Source: Octopus vulgaris (taxonomy: Eukaryota). From it: a stretch of 64,000 nt of DNA. A model generated the notes under the pieces. That model worked only from the letters and a program-made list of their open reading frames with translations, had not been told where the DNA came from and made no database searches. Location: NCBI GenBank assembly GCA_951406725.2, contig OX597815.1, forward strand, positions 99,944,001 through 100,008,000, written 5' to 3'. The position numbers and the translations under genes are program-made. This document shows, one piece after another, positions 14,314 through 27,137 of the stretch; position 1 is the first letter of the stretch, and the number at the start of each line of letters is the position of its first letter.

Positions 14314-14503
14314 TTTCAAATTTTGGCGCAAGCAATTTCAGGGGTAGGGCTAAGCCGATTACATCGACCCCAATGTTCAACTGGTAATTATTTCATCTGC
14401 CTCAAAAGGATGAAAGACAAAGTCAACCTCGGCGGAATTTGAACTTGTTCTGTCAGAATATAAAGACGGACGAAACGCCTCTAAACGATTCTGCCAGTTT
14501 GCC
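14314..14503 (-). mobile_element. SINE family A monomer (internally deleted)
   Basis: Reverse complement matches the family A head, core and GCCAAAATTTGAAA tail. Confidence 0.8.
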
Positions 14504-14520
14504 ATGTTATGATAATAATT

Positions 14521-14861
14521 ATGTATATTATTTACATTATTTACATTTGACGGATATTTGTTCTCATCTTGTTTGTTCTTAACACAACGCTTCGGCTGAT
14601 ATACCCTCCAGCCTTCATCAGGTGTCTTGGGGAAATTTCGAACCTGGGTCCTCATTCCTAAGGTATTTTCGATGTTGTTGTTATTATTATTATTATTATT
14701 ATTATTCAGCTCACAGCCTGGAATCGAACACGGAATCTTGAGGTTAGTAGCCCGCGCTCTTAACCACTACACCATATGCCGTCAAAAATGTAAATATCCG
14801 TGAAATGTAAATAATTTAAATAATATTCATAACTCCTCATCTTTTAAATATAGAACTGTAC
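14521..14861 (-). mobile_element. Non-autonomous tRNA-head plus hammerhead element (Penelope-derived, SINE-like) with inverted tail
   Basis: Reverse complement of 14527-14780 matches 46220-46455; inverted tail copy at 14792-14858; TSD-like GATAATAATT at 14511-14520 and 14862-14871. Confidence 0.88.
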
Positions 14862-14872
14862 GATAATAATTG

Positions 14873-15082
14873 CTTCAAATTTTGGAACAAGGCCAGAAAT
14901 ATTGGGGGAGAGACTAAGTCAATTAGATCGACCCTAGTGTTCAACTGGTACTTATTTCATCGATCTCGAAAGAATGGAAGGCAAAGTCAACATTAGCGGA
15001 ATTGGAAATCAGAACGTGGAAACTGACGAAACGCTGCTAATCATTTTGCCCGGCGTGCTGACGATTCTGCCAGCTCGCCGCC
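14873..15082 (-). mobile_element. SINE family A monomer
   Basis: Ends ...CTGCCAGCTCGCCGCC on the + strand (family A head). Confidence 0.85.
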
Positions 15083-15723
15083 ATAAATACAAACTAGTGT
15101 TTTTAAGTGGTTAGAATTACCGAGGACAACGTGTTTTCATTTTCATTATGTTACAAAGAAAGACTTCTGCCCAACCACCCATCTATTTCATAATAAATGA
15201 ATACTTGCCGAAAACACCACACTTTAGGCTTTATCAACATAATTTCTTTTACACCGAACTCTCTAGCCATTTATTACTTCATGTATTCATAGATGCATTA
15301 ACAAAGATAGATACAAGCATTATTGCCGCCAGTATACTGTGTCTTGTTGGGTGTTGTTATTGTTGTTGCTTTTATTTATCTTCCAGTTAGTTGGAAGTGT
15401 TAGACAATGTGGGAGAACGGAAGTGTTCTAAAACATCTTCGTATTCTACGCGAGAAAATTATAAACTTAGCCGTGTGTCGTCACTTCCGTTTCAAAGTTT
15501 GATCTGAGGAAAAAAGTTTCTTGTAGCTGTTTTGATTTTGGGGTTTCATCTTTTTTCTTATGTTTCATTTAACACATTCTCTACCTACCATCATGCGGGT
15601 ATTCGTATATACGATACAGCTCGAAGACAAAATGTCGCAAACGCACTTGCACACATACACACGTGTACATATGCAGTCGGTCTGCATGTCTCTTTCTCCG
15701 TATATATGTATATAGATAGATAC

Positions 15724-15780
<57 letters not shown>

Positions 15781-15829
15781 AAGAAAGAAAGAAAGAAAGA
15801 AAGAAATAGACATGCACATGTATATATAT

Positions 15830-15885
<56 letters not shown>

Positions 15886-15908
15886 ATACATAAATATATA
15901 AGAATTAG

Positions 15909-15981
<73 letters not shown>

Positions 15982-16019
15982 TATGTATGTGTATGTGCAT
16001 GGGTGTATGTATATACTTT

Positions 16020-16180
16020 GAAAGCTCGTAGCTTTGTAATTGGAGTTTTCGGCTCACGCTCGCAAGGTCGCGCGTTCAATTCCTCGAACAATCGGCATAT
16101 TGTGTCCTTGAAGAAGACGCATCATTTCACGTTGCAACCAGTCTACATAACTATAATGGTTACCAGCCGATTGCTGGTGT

Positions 16181-16258
<78 letters not shown>

Positions 16259-16380
16259 GCCGTCACAGTCTTGATGTGAGACAGGTTCGAGATTGTTTAG
16301 GTCTACTTGTGATTACATCGGCACATATTGCCAAGAGATGGTACGTGTTATCTAATCATGTACACTCACAAGTGACGGAT
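16020..16380 (+). mobile_element. Old tRNA-headed SINE interrupted by (CT)n
   Basis: B-box-like GTTCAATTCC followed by TTGTGTCCTTGAAGAAGAC..CATTTCAC; head similar to 33655-33890 (-) and 45230-45428 (-). Confidence 0.55.
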
Positions 16381-16411
16381 GATTTAAGTGTACGCACACA
16401 CACGTACGTAC

Positions 16412-16466
<55 letters not shown>

Positions 16467-16474
<8 letters not shown>

Positions 16475-17276
16475 AGGCTGGAAAGTTCATAGGCTGGAGC
16501 TAAAAGAAGGCGTTATCATACAGAAATTAAACTTGGCAACCTTTAATGATGCTAACTGCATGTTTTCTTTCCAAATAAACTCACATTGGGTACAGAATTG
16601 AGGTCTTGGAACAGTAGTACTAGAGACATTTCTTGAAAATGAATCAAATTTGGCACCGTGGTGTTATCAAATATCTGCAGACATTCATGCTGACATGGTT
16701 GAAACATTAGAGGATGATGCTCCAGCTTTATCAACTGTGAAAAGTGGGCAGCTGAATTCAAGAAGAATATGGAAAGTCTTGAAGATGATCCAAGGTCCGG
16801 ACGTCCTGTCACAGCCACCACCCACGAAAACATCGACCATGTTCACAGCATGGTAATGGATGAAAGACGTAATGTTAATCAGATAGTTAATGAGGTCCTG
16901 CTTCACCAGGACAATACTCTTGCTCACAAGTCTGTAGTTGCAATGGCTGCTGTGCGCGACTGTGTCTTTGAACTGATTGATCCCCCTCCATATTCTCCTG
17001 GTTTGGCACCATCTGAATACTTTCTGTTCTCCACCATGGAAAAAAAACACTTGGCTGGGAAGCAGTATCGGACCGATGATGAGGTCATATCTGCTGTGGA
17101 GGACTTTATTGAGGGTCAGGATGAGAGCTTCTATACCACGGGAATCCAATCGCTGCAACACCGATGGAAGAAGTGTATGGACGGCAGAGGAAACTATGAC
17201 ATAAAATATAATACATTTGGTCAAGTTCGACCATTGCATCGTGGTCAGCCTATGAACTTTTCAGCCCACCCTCGTA
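16467..17276 (+). mobile_element. Internally deleted mariner DNA transposon
   Basis: Right TIR (rc TACGAGGGTGGGCTGAAAAGTTCATAGGCTGA) and a decayed left TIR, flanked by TA. Transposase motifs EDDPRSGRP, LHQDN..AH and PPYSPGLAPSEYFLF; the HTH is joined directly to the second half of the DDD domain. Confidence 0.93.
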
Positions 17277-17296
17277 TATATATTATGTATGTATAT

Positions 17297-17373
<77 letters not shown>

Positions 17374-17599
17374 AATAAATGTTTTATATATAAAGAACGT
17401 GAAATATAGGAAGGGACAAACACGGAACACAGACAAATCATTCGAAGCCTTCAATCTTCAGTCAGACACCGAATCATCATAGCAAATTTCGGCTGTTCAA
17501 TTCTGATATTTGCTCCAACTCGGCCAGCCCCAAGAAAAAAACTAGCTGTAAGCATTAGATTTCTTGGTAGAAGACAAGAATGTAAACGCACTAGAAAAT

Positions 17600-18045
17600 T
17601 TAGGTATGTTTCGACCAAAGATTGGTCCAGACCATGTCTAACTTAATAAGACCACCTGATAGGATTTGCTAAGTCCTTTTTGAGTCACGTTTTGTTGTAT
17701 CATGCCCCCCTTGCAGTAGGGAGTTCTCGTTGAGTGAGTTGTATCCAGATATAGGTGGCTTATCTGGTATCCGTTGAATAAATTTGTCCAGATTCCGTTT
17801 AACGGTGATGGGATCCTTTTTCTCTTTGATCTGGTTGTTGAGGAAAAGAAATAGTGTTGCAGTGTATTTATGAGTTGTGATCCTGAAGTGCGTAGGGGAT
17901 GTATGGTTCGTGATCCTAACGTTAGATGAATTCTGAAAATAATATTGAGGTCGTATGGGCAATGCTGATGATATATTTTCCACATGTATCGCTTAATGTA
18001 TCGCTTTCAATGCCTGAAGGCGGTCCCAATAATCGAGTAATATAG
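17600..18045 (-). mobile_element. CR1-group LINE 3' fragment
   Basis: KRNLDKFIQRIPDKP...NSLL, typical of a LINE ORF2 C-terminus; frameshifted. Confidence 0.7.
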
Positions 18046-18050
18046 AGGAA

Positions 18051-18450
18051 GGCGGCGAGCTGGCAGAAACGTTAGCACGCCGAGCGAAATGCTTAGCGGT
18101 ATTTCGTCTGTCTTTATGTTCTGAATTCAAATTCCGCGGCGGCCGACTTTGCCTTTCATCTTTTCGGAGCCGATAAATTAAGTACCAGTTACGCACTGGA
18201 GTCGATATAATCGACTTAATCCGTTTGTCTGTCCTTGTTTGTCCTCTCTGTGTTTAGCTCCTTGTGGGTAGTAAAGAAATAGGTATTTCGTCTGTCTTTA
18301 CGTTCTGAGTTCAAATTCCGCCGAGGCCGACTTTGCCTTTCATCTTTTCGGGGCCGATAAGTTGAGTAGCAGTTGCGTACTGGGATCGATCTAAGCGACT
18401 GGCCCTCTCCCCAAAAATTTCAGGCCTTGTACCTAGAGCAGAAAAGAATA

Positions 18451-18452
<2 letters not shown>
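18051..18452 (+). mobile_element. SINE family A, dimeric copy
   Basis: Same architecture as 4959-5365; AATAATCGA on both sides (possible partial TSD). Confidence 0.9.
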
Positions 18453-18510
<58 letters not shown>

Positions 18511-18515
<5 letters not shown>

Positions 18516-18726
18516 ATCCAAACATGAAAAGACAAAGAGAAAACACAACAACGCGAGGACGTAGAACAAGTATAGTGTTATTGGACGCTCAGGAAAGGAA
18601 AGAAAGAAGGACGGTTTAACATTTCGAGCGGTGCTCCTCGTCAGAAACATAGGAAAAGGAAAGATCCAAGGAAGGGAAGACGGAGGAAAAAAATCGCCAA
18701 CGATACACACGCGGTCACATTTTGAA
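18511..18726 (-). mobile_element. Short hammerhead-bearing element, family B, in (TA)n
   Basis: rc 18614-18648 reads GTTT CTGACGA G GAGC ACC GCTC GAAAT GTT AAAC. Confidence 0.85.
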
Positions 18727-18742
18727 TATATACATATATGTA

Positions 18743-18803
<61 letters not shown>

Positions 18804-21386
18804 GTAAGTCTCTTGTAGTTATTTTACTTCCTGTTCCTTTTATAATATATATATTTTTAAATATTTATTTATTCCAGTAAATAATGGAATAGGTATTATA
18901 ATTCTGTTCTGCTATAGAAGCATCTTTACCAAACAGGAATATGTATATGAAATTTCCGCTCAAGTCATTACTATATTTGTTGCTATGTTTAATAATTAAA
19001 AATGTAAATATATTTGTTTTGTGCATTAAATATCTGTAACTCTGCTATTTACATATTTCAGCTAAAATCGATCATTTGTGTATCTTGGTGTGGCGCTTAA
19101 CTTTTAATGTATATTATACAAGAGATAGTTCCAAAAGACATCCAGATTAGCAATCACATTTACATATATACGTATGTGTGTACAAACAGCCATGTACACA
19201 TATATAGATTCATACATGCATATATATGTGTTTACAAAAATATATATGCAAATATATGCATAGGTACATACATAATCCACATAGAGGAACACATATCTCC
19301 ATCCTCTTTTGGAACCCTACATCTTATATCCTCATACATACATACATACATACATGCATACATACATACATTCATTCATACATACATACATTCATACATA
19401 CATACATACATACATACATACATACATACATACATACATACATACATACATACATACATACATGCATGGAGATATGCATACTTATATTTGTGTACGGCTA
19501 CTAGTTCAGATATGCAAAATTTATAAATTATGTGTAAATTACGAATAAGTGAATAAATGAATACACCGAATCCTTAAATATATGAATTTAATAACTCTTG
19601 AGTGCTTAATTGCAATAAAGAATACATTAAATAGATAAAATATTTATGAAAATCAAATTAAGGAATGTGTAATCTTTATTTAATAATTGTTTGAAAATTA
19701 TACAAAAATTAGAAGAAAATTTTCATAAATGCATAAATATATAAATATTAGAAGTATAAGATTACAATAATAATTGTATTACTACAAATAACGAAATGAG
19801 CAAATGGAATTACGAGAACTTGGGCTCATGAGAATACAGAAACTTATATCCATAGAAACATAAAACGATAAATACCAAGATGATTCCTTATTCATACGCC
19901 TCTTACGTCTTCGCACATTCATACATGAACTGTGCTGCTTGTTTGCTCGTTCGAAAGTATACATGCATATATGTGCGCATACATTTGTTCATTCGGGTGT
20001 GTTTGTATGTATTATATGTAGAATTTATGCTAGAATTTATGCTAGAATTTATGGCATTACATTTAATTCCTCAGTTACGAGCGTTTTAACACTGCAATAA
20101 AATGTATATCGTTGCAGCAATCGATACAAAGTCTCGAGCAAGCCATTAGAATGACATCTGATCTTCGGGTTTTGTTCCTCAAGGATTTTATGGGATTATG
20201 ACACAATTCGTCTCATGGAATATCCGAGGATTCTTGTCGAAACTTCAAAGTTTGAAAACATCAAGCCTGGAATGTTGTTTCCAAGCTTGTGGCGACGAAT
20301 GAGAGAGCAGGATGGGCCACTGCTCTGATTAAGGATCTGAACGGAAAGTGAAGACGGAAGCAAGTGCAGCTCCTATTCATTTGTCAATGACAACTGACAG
20401 TAACATCCAGCTTCGAGGAAGTCAACATTGGTGAGAATACCAATGGAGATAATCAAAGAACAACGTTTGAACACTAATATCAGTGGGTTATGTGTTTTGT
20501 TTTCCATTGACTTGTTTCTATATAATCAACATTATCTTTTTCTATTATATGATAAATGCTCGGCTTGTTTGCATTTTGTAGTGTCTTAATGTTGGTACTA
20601 TATAACACTGTTTTCTTTCATAATTTGCTTTGCACCAAACAGTATATGAATATACATCGTTTACATGAACAGATGAGTATTATTTTCATTGAGATGAAGA
20701 TCTTCAAATTTGGTTCTAACGAATTAGAACCAAATCTCTTATGTTAAATGCAACAATTAATAGCATCCGATTAATGGAAAAGTAGAATTAGACACGGCAC
20801 ACCTTTCATCAACCTTGAGGAAAAAACCAGTATGGTTGCAACTTGCTGAAGTTCAGAGACTTAAACCTACAGTCTCAAATATACGACGGATTTCCACTCA
20901 GTTTCCGTCACCCAAATTCATTAATAAGGCTTATATTTGAGCTACAGAACATAATTGTTAAACTTCAAAAGAAACAATCCAAAGGAATTCAGAATATACA
21001 GGGGGATATATTCAAGCATTTCTTACAAATTTGGGTTTGTTTCGGCTGTAAAAGACGTTTGTTGGTGTGTGTTTGCGTGTGTGTGTGTGTGTGTGTGTGT
21101 GTAAATATTTGAGTGTAAGTATGTATGTATGTACGTATGTATGTATGTGTATGTGAGTGTATGTATATTGGAAAAATTTAACGGTCATCAATTATGACTG
21201 AGAGTGCTTAAGTGCATCTATATTGCAAGAAATAAGAATTAAAACCCTTAATGCTGCATGAAGAGCACAATTCATATACTCTGACAGGGAGATAACTGCT
21301 CCATGAGCAAAGCTAGGGTCGGTGTATATACACACATATATATATATATATATATACATACACATATATATATATATATATCTGTG

Positions 21387-21419
<33 letters not shown>

Positions 21420-21455
21420 ATGTAAGTATGTATGTATAGAGACAAAGAGAAAGAG

Positions 21456-21505
21456 AGAGTTTGTTAAGTGCTAACGCACGAAACTCAGTTCTCTTGAGTC
21501 ACTCT
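21456..21505 (+). ncRNA. Decayed hammerhead ribozyme (three helices intact, core mutated)
   Basis: AGAGT TTGTTAA GTGC TAAC GCAC GAA ACTCA GTTCTCT TGAGT C ACTCT. Confidence 0.6.
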
Positions 21506-21892
21506 GTTGCTTCTGATATATATATATATATATATATATACAAACATACATGTATATATGTGTGTGTGTGTGTGTGTGCGTGTGTGTGTGTGTGTGCGTG
21601 TGTGCGTGTGTGTGTGGTAGTTATGCATTGAGTTTGTTATTTAAAACTTCATGTTTGTCAGAGTGTATCACGTTGATTCTGACTGAAGATTACATTATTT
21701 TCTGTTTGTAGGTTGCTTTATATTTCAGCTCGCATTGTTCTGGCCTTACCCAACAAGTTTCTTTTATGTAACATCACACAATGCTTCAACCTAAGTATTC
21801 CACTTAAGTATATGTATTTGTGTATATATTACCTTTTATGCCGTATCTTGAAATCTAAGCCACCCAAAATATTTAGATAGATAAATTAGAGC

Positions 21893-23185
21893 GTCATCAT
21901 CGTCTATCCCTCGAAGGTCGACGTTGAATGTTCTGTTCAGAAATCATTCATGGTAGGCTCGCAAGTAGGCTACGAGGCCTTCTCCTGAACTGAAACACCG
22001 ATGACATTTGCTACAAGTGAAGTTACTTGATACAAAGGACACATGACGCCCCTCGTGTGTTCTTTCGCACTCTGTTATTTCTTCTCAATGGCTGGAATTA
22101 TGAGCTTCAGTGAACGGTGCCATTCATCGCGTCCCAAGACCTTTTCCTCTCGGGTGTCTGAGGAAATGCGGGAGTTTTTCATATGTCTCTTCAGCACAAC
22201 CCCATATCGCAACCTTTGGCCACTACGGCTCCTCCTGCTCCCAGTCTGCTGCTTTCCATCTAAAAACATATCCCGCCAGCGCATCTGCGATGAAGTAATG
22301 AAGGCCTCCACACTTGATACAGGACGCAGGACTTCTACACCAAGAATGCAATCAACAGTCTGATATTCAAGATGTAACGCAGATCACGAAGTTGGCCTCG
22401 CTACAGGTCCTTGATGTACCTGTGGTAGGCGGCTATGCATTCAGTGGTGCAGAAGAGGCAAGGGAGCACTGCAGCTTTGTACACTTTTATATTCGCGTGG
22501 CAGGCGATGTCATGACAGCTCCAGAGACGCTTCTAAAGAGAACCGAAAGTAGATTGCATACATTTCTCAACTTCGAGGTCAGAAGAGTTAGTATAAACTA
22601 CTGCGCTCCCGAGACAAGTAAAAGCTTTAGTTTACTTCAAAGGCTCTCTGTGTACTGTCTCTGGCTCGAGCTCACTCAGTCTATTAGGACACCTTAATGG
22701 TGGTTGGTAGAGCAGCTCAGTCTTCGAAATGTTGATCTTGAGAACGAACATGTCTACTGCAAAAGAAAATTGGTCAACAATATATTGCATGTCCTGAATT
22801 CTGCTGGTTACTACAGCTGAACCTTCTATATAGATCAGCTCCCTGATGCACATGTCCTTAATTTTGGTGGACGCACGAAGACGGGCTAAGTTGAAGAGCT
22901 GTTCTGATGAGGATGAAAACCCCCTTGTGCAGACAGACGCACATGATGTCAAGCACAGGTAAAGAAAGAAGAATGTGGGGTGAGAAAGCACGCACTGCTG
23001 CCTCACACTGTGGTTGAATGCAAACGTTCCACTATATAATCTGCCAACTGAAATTAGAGCTTTCATTTTGTGTTGAACTGTTTCATGATGTTACCAAGCT
23101 ACTCAGGGCATCCATATGATACCAGTACTTTCCAACGAGTTTGTTGATCCACCGAGTGAAATCCTTTTTGTCAAATGCCATCGTG
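21893..23185 (-). mobile_element. Degenerate RTE-clade LINE, 3' half of RT through the 3' end
   Basis: LKINISKTELLYQP, QMRW, GQRLRY...LK and GRDEWH motifs; ends in a short GAT repeat. Confidence 0.8.
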
Positions 23186-23220
23186 TTTATACCGAATCTT
23201 GAAATCAAAGCCATTCAGTA

Positions 23221-23442
23221 TATGAGGCGTGTGCTTAAAAGTTCCTAACTTTAAGAGTATCACGTAAAGCCTAGTCGGAGGCCCAAACTTCCGAGTTCTT
23301 TTACAGGACTTAGGAAAACTGAAGGACCACTGCAATAAGTGTGTGAATCTGAGAGGAGAATATCTTGAATAAAAAAAAAATTAGCTGATCCTCCTGTGTT
23401 TTCTTTTACATAAAGCCAGGAACTTTTTAGCACCCCATAGTA
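23221..23442 (+). mobile_element. Mariner-derived MITE
   Basis: Imperfect TIRs (TGCTTAAAAGTTCCT / AGGAACTTTTTAGCA); internal KCVNLRGEYLE* transposase C-terminus; second copy at 56864-57071. Confidence 0.8.
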
Positions 23443-23563
23443 TTCAGATAGATAATGTAGCATCCATTTCATGTACTAGGGTCACCATAAAAACTGAATT
23501 ACCATAATCCAATGACAGAAACTAATAAAAGTATAAAAGGTTATACGCATGTGTGTGTGTAAT

Positions 23564-23635
<72 letters not shown>

Positions 23636-24578
23636 TTTATCATATAGCATATATGTTGTCATGTATCATGCATGCTTACATACGAACATACGAGTATAGT
23701 GTGAAAGGGAGGCAGCGCTATAGATAGATAATATGCGAAAATATTATGTTTTCCTGCATTATTGTTATTGAATCGGCGTTGTAACCTTCTACAAGATATC
23801 TACAATATATTCATTTGTCGACAAATGTATTATTTTCTAATCATTGTTTTCCCTGTACCTGTATGCATATGCCTGCATATACATATATAACCATATATAT
23901 ACGTATATAAATACATGCATACACACACATACATATATATATATATATGTGTGTGTATATATTAATATATATATCCATATATATGTGTATATATTAATAT
24001 ATATATATTAATATGTGTATATATTATTATTATATATATATATAAATGTGTGTACCTATGAGTGAGTTCAAGCATTTGTGTGTATATTTGCGTAAGAAAG
24101 AACTCTTTAATTTATCTAACATAAATAGAGCCAAAGGTAATAAAATTAAGCTTTAACGTTCTAATATGCAATATAGGAAACATGTAGTGTTCTTAGATGA
24201 TTAGATAAAAAGATAGCACTCCTGGAAGACGTTTAATTTTTTTCGTTCTTGTTTTGTTATTAATTTTATAAATGAATGATATGTATACATTTATTTGTAT
24301 TTTAAAATAATATTTATTGTTTATATTTTGTTTGTCCAACCTTGGTTTTTAGTTTGTTGATGTTGCCATTCCTCGTGTATCTGTATACATAAGTTTTACA
24401 AAAACAGCAGGGAAACATTATGTCGCCATTATTATGAATAAATGGTATAATATTTACCTTATCATCCTAATTATTGAAAATAAATACAGTGTATGTAAGT
24501 GTATATATAAATATATATATACATATATACTTATATAAATTGTTTCCTTGTCATTTATTTAATTTCATGCATATATAT

Positions 24579-24651
<73 letters not shown>

Positions 24652-25390
24652 TAAATAAATGACTAGGAAACATGATTTCTATAATCAACTTCATTAGCTT
24701 ACGGCTGTTTCTGCTGTAAAATACAGTGCACTCAGAGTTGAGTGCTTGTGCATCACTTTTGTTATTGGTAAGTTCGTTAGGGAAGTAGCCAAATTAGTCA
24801 TTTCCAATGTCATGAGTTTATTAACTGTTCGAATTCTTCCGGGGGGTAGTTTTGTATTTTCAGATGTTGCTTAATAACCTGGTTTTAGAACTTTATATAC
24901 ACATGCTTAAGAATAAAAGACTTGCTAGAGAAAGAGAATATGCTCATCGGCCGCAAGTTTCGAGGCGGCTGAATCTGCCCAGTAAGGTCTGACATCCGGG
25001 ACATTATCAACAGCAATCTGACTAGCATCGAGAAGCATCATGTAGCTCAATATGGGTCCACAATGCCAGCTGCTTGTTGAAGGTTACCAACGTCAGATTG
25101 ATTCAGGTATGCTGTTGCTTCCTTGTTCATATTCAAACCAGCGTGGGGGATAAAGGCTGTTTGACGATGGCCTGCTTATATAATGTACCCAGTTGAACAG
25201 GTGTAACAATATCCATAGAGAATGTTGGGGGGTTTTACGGCTGTTTGGAGTTTTTATTGTCTATAAGAGTAGATTTATCTGAGACCCTACGTGAAGACTG
25301 ATGCAATTACATCGTGGTAGAGAAAATTTTAATAATTAAAAGCAAGCAAAATATTTTAATTCACTTTAAATTTATTTCTAAAAAATTAAA

Positions 25391-25434
<44 letters not shown>

Positions 25435-25479
25435 CATATTTTATATATGTGAATATAAGTTTACATGTGTGTATATATA

Positions 25480-25803
25480 TGGTGCCAAAGATCCCAACAT
25501 TATCATCAGGATAGAGGACCAGACACTGCAACAGTTTGGGCTTGAAAGGCCCACAACTCTTCAACATCCTCCCACAAAACCTGAGAGACCTGCATGACAT
25601 GGAGGTAGGCATTTTCAAAACAAAACTAGAACTCCTGTCAAGAGTCCCAGATGAACCTACCTTTAGGCAAGAAACACAGATGAGTACAAGAACGTCGGAC
25701 TCCCTCATCCACCAAATGTTACATATCAGAGGAGGTTTAGTGAAAGTATAGCAAAGTATACGGCGGTACTACAGCATGGCTGCAGTCCTTGGACTGAAAC
25801 TTA

Positions 25804-25805
<2 letters not shown>
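25480..25805 (+). mobile_element. CR1-group LINE 3' end with 3' UTR
   Basis: GPQLFNILPQNLRDL...FKTKLELLSRVPDEP, then tail GGCGGTACTACAGCATGGCTGCAGTCCTTGGACTGAAAC. Confidence 0.75.
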
Positions 25806-25850
<45 letters not shown>

Positions 25851-25852
<2 letters not shown>

Positions 25853-26072
25853 GTTAATCCAAACAAGAAAACACAGAAAAAAAGGGAAAAAAAAGGAAAA
25901 AACACAGCAACGCAGGACGTGGAACAGTAAAGTATTATTGACGCTCAGGAAAGAAGGGAAGGAGGGTTTAACGTTTCGAGCGGAGCTCTTCGTCGGAAAC
26001 AAGGAGAAGGAATGATCCCGAGAAGGGAAGACAGAGGAGACAATATTTGAGCTGGTGGTGCTTAAGAGATCA
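25851..26072 (-). mobile_element. Hammerhead-bearing family B copy
   Basis: rc 25966-26000 reads GTTT CCGACGA A GAGC TCC GCTC GAAAC GTT AAAC; abuts (TA)n. Confidence 0.85.
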
Positions 26073-26354
26073 CATGTTATATATATACGTATATAAACAT
26101 ATATATATAATATAAATACATATGCATCTCTCTCATTTTCTCTTTGTCTCTCCCATCTCTCCCCCCCTCTCTCTCTCTTTCATTAGGTGGTTTCCTGACG
26201 CTGATTCGGCTTGTGAATAATGTTAAGGATAAGCATGTATGTCGCTTAAAACGTTAATTTCACAAATAGAAATTCACTTAAGTACACATCATCGAAACCG
26301 ACCGACGGAGTCTCCACCACACACACATATAACATAGATGAATACCAATGTTTA

Positions 26355-26514
<160 letters not shown>

Positions 26515-27137
26515 TTCATATTATTCGTTTAAATTCGTCTCTAAGTCTATCATCTAGATTATTCCCTTCGGGCAAATTTCTTTCTTCGATGTTTAATAAT
26601 CTACTTTGCTATGACAATATATCTAACCGCTCTAATATCACAAGATATACAGATCTCATTAAAGACACTCTGCATTTTCATTTCATTTAAGTATTTATAT
26701 TTCAACCTTATTACTAATATTGTCTTAACCCTTTGCATACAAGAAAATATTTGCGTTCGGTAATTTATTTTTAAAATAATTAAATGCATGTTTGGTGATT
26801 CATTGATGTCGACTGAAAAATGGAATGCCTCAAAGGAATATCTTCAAAATACCCACATAATCTCATATTTTCTTCTATTTTACTTATGTAATTATTGGTA
26901 TTATTGTAATTATTATTAGTAGCAGGAAAATATATTTTTATTAATTTTCAGAAAAGAAATAGAAATCTTCAACAACGTCACTGTCATCATTAATAGTATT
27001 ATTGATTTAAAAAAAGCGTTGTTATTATTATTATTTGAATATGTTTTATATTTTTATCAATAGTATTATCACTATCAACGTTCTCATTATGATGAGGACT
27101 ATGGATACTGTTGTTGTTGTTGTTATTGTTGTTGTTG

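Noticed and set aside
16769-17482. 237-aa ORF as an active transposase or SETMAR-like gene
   Set aside because: Lacks the first catalytic Asp region, YSPDL reads YSPGL, the N-terminus is frameshifted, and the ORF runs out into (TA)n.
20198-20480. MTQFVSWNIRG, resembling the start of a LINE APE endonuclease
   Set aside because: Only one short motif; I could not recover downstream motifs by eye.
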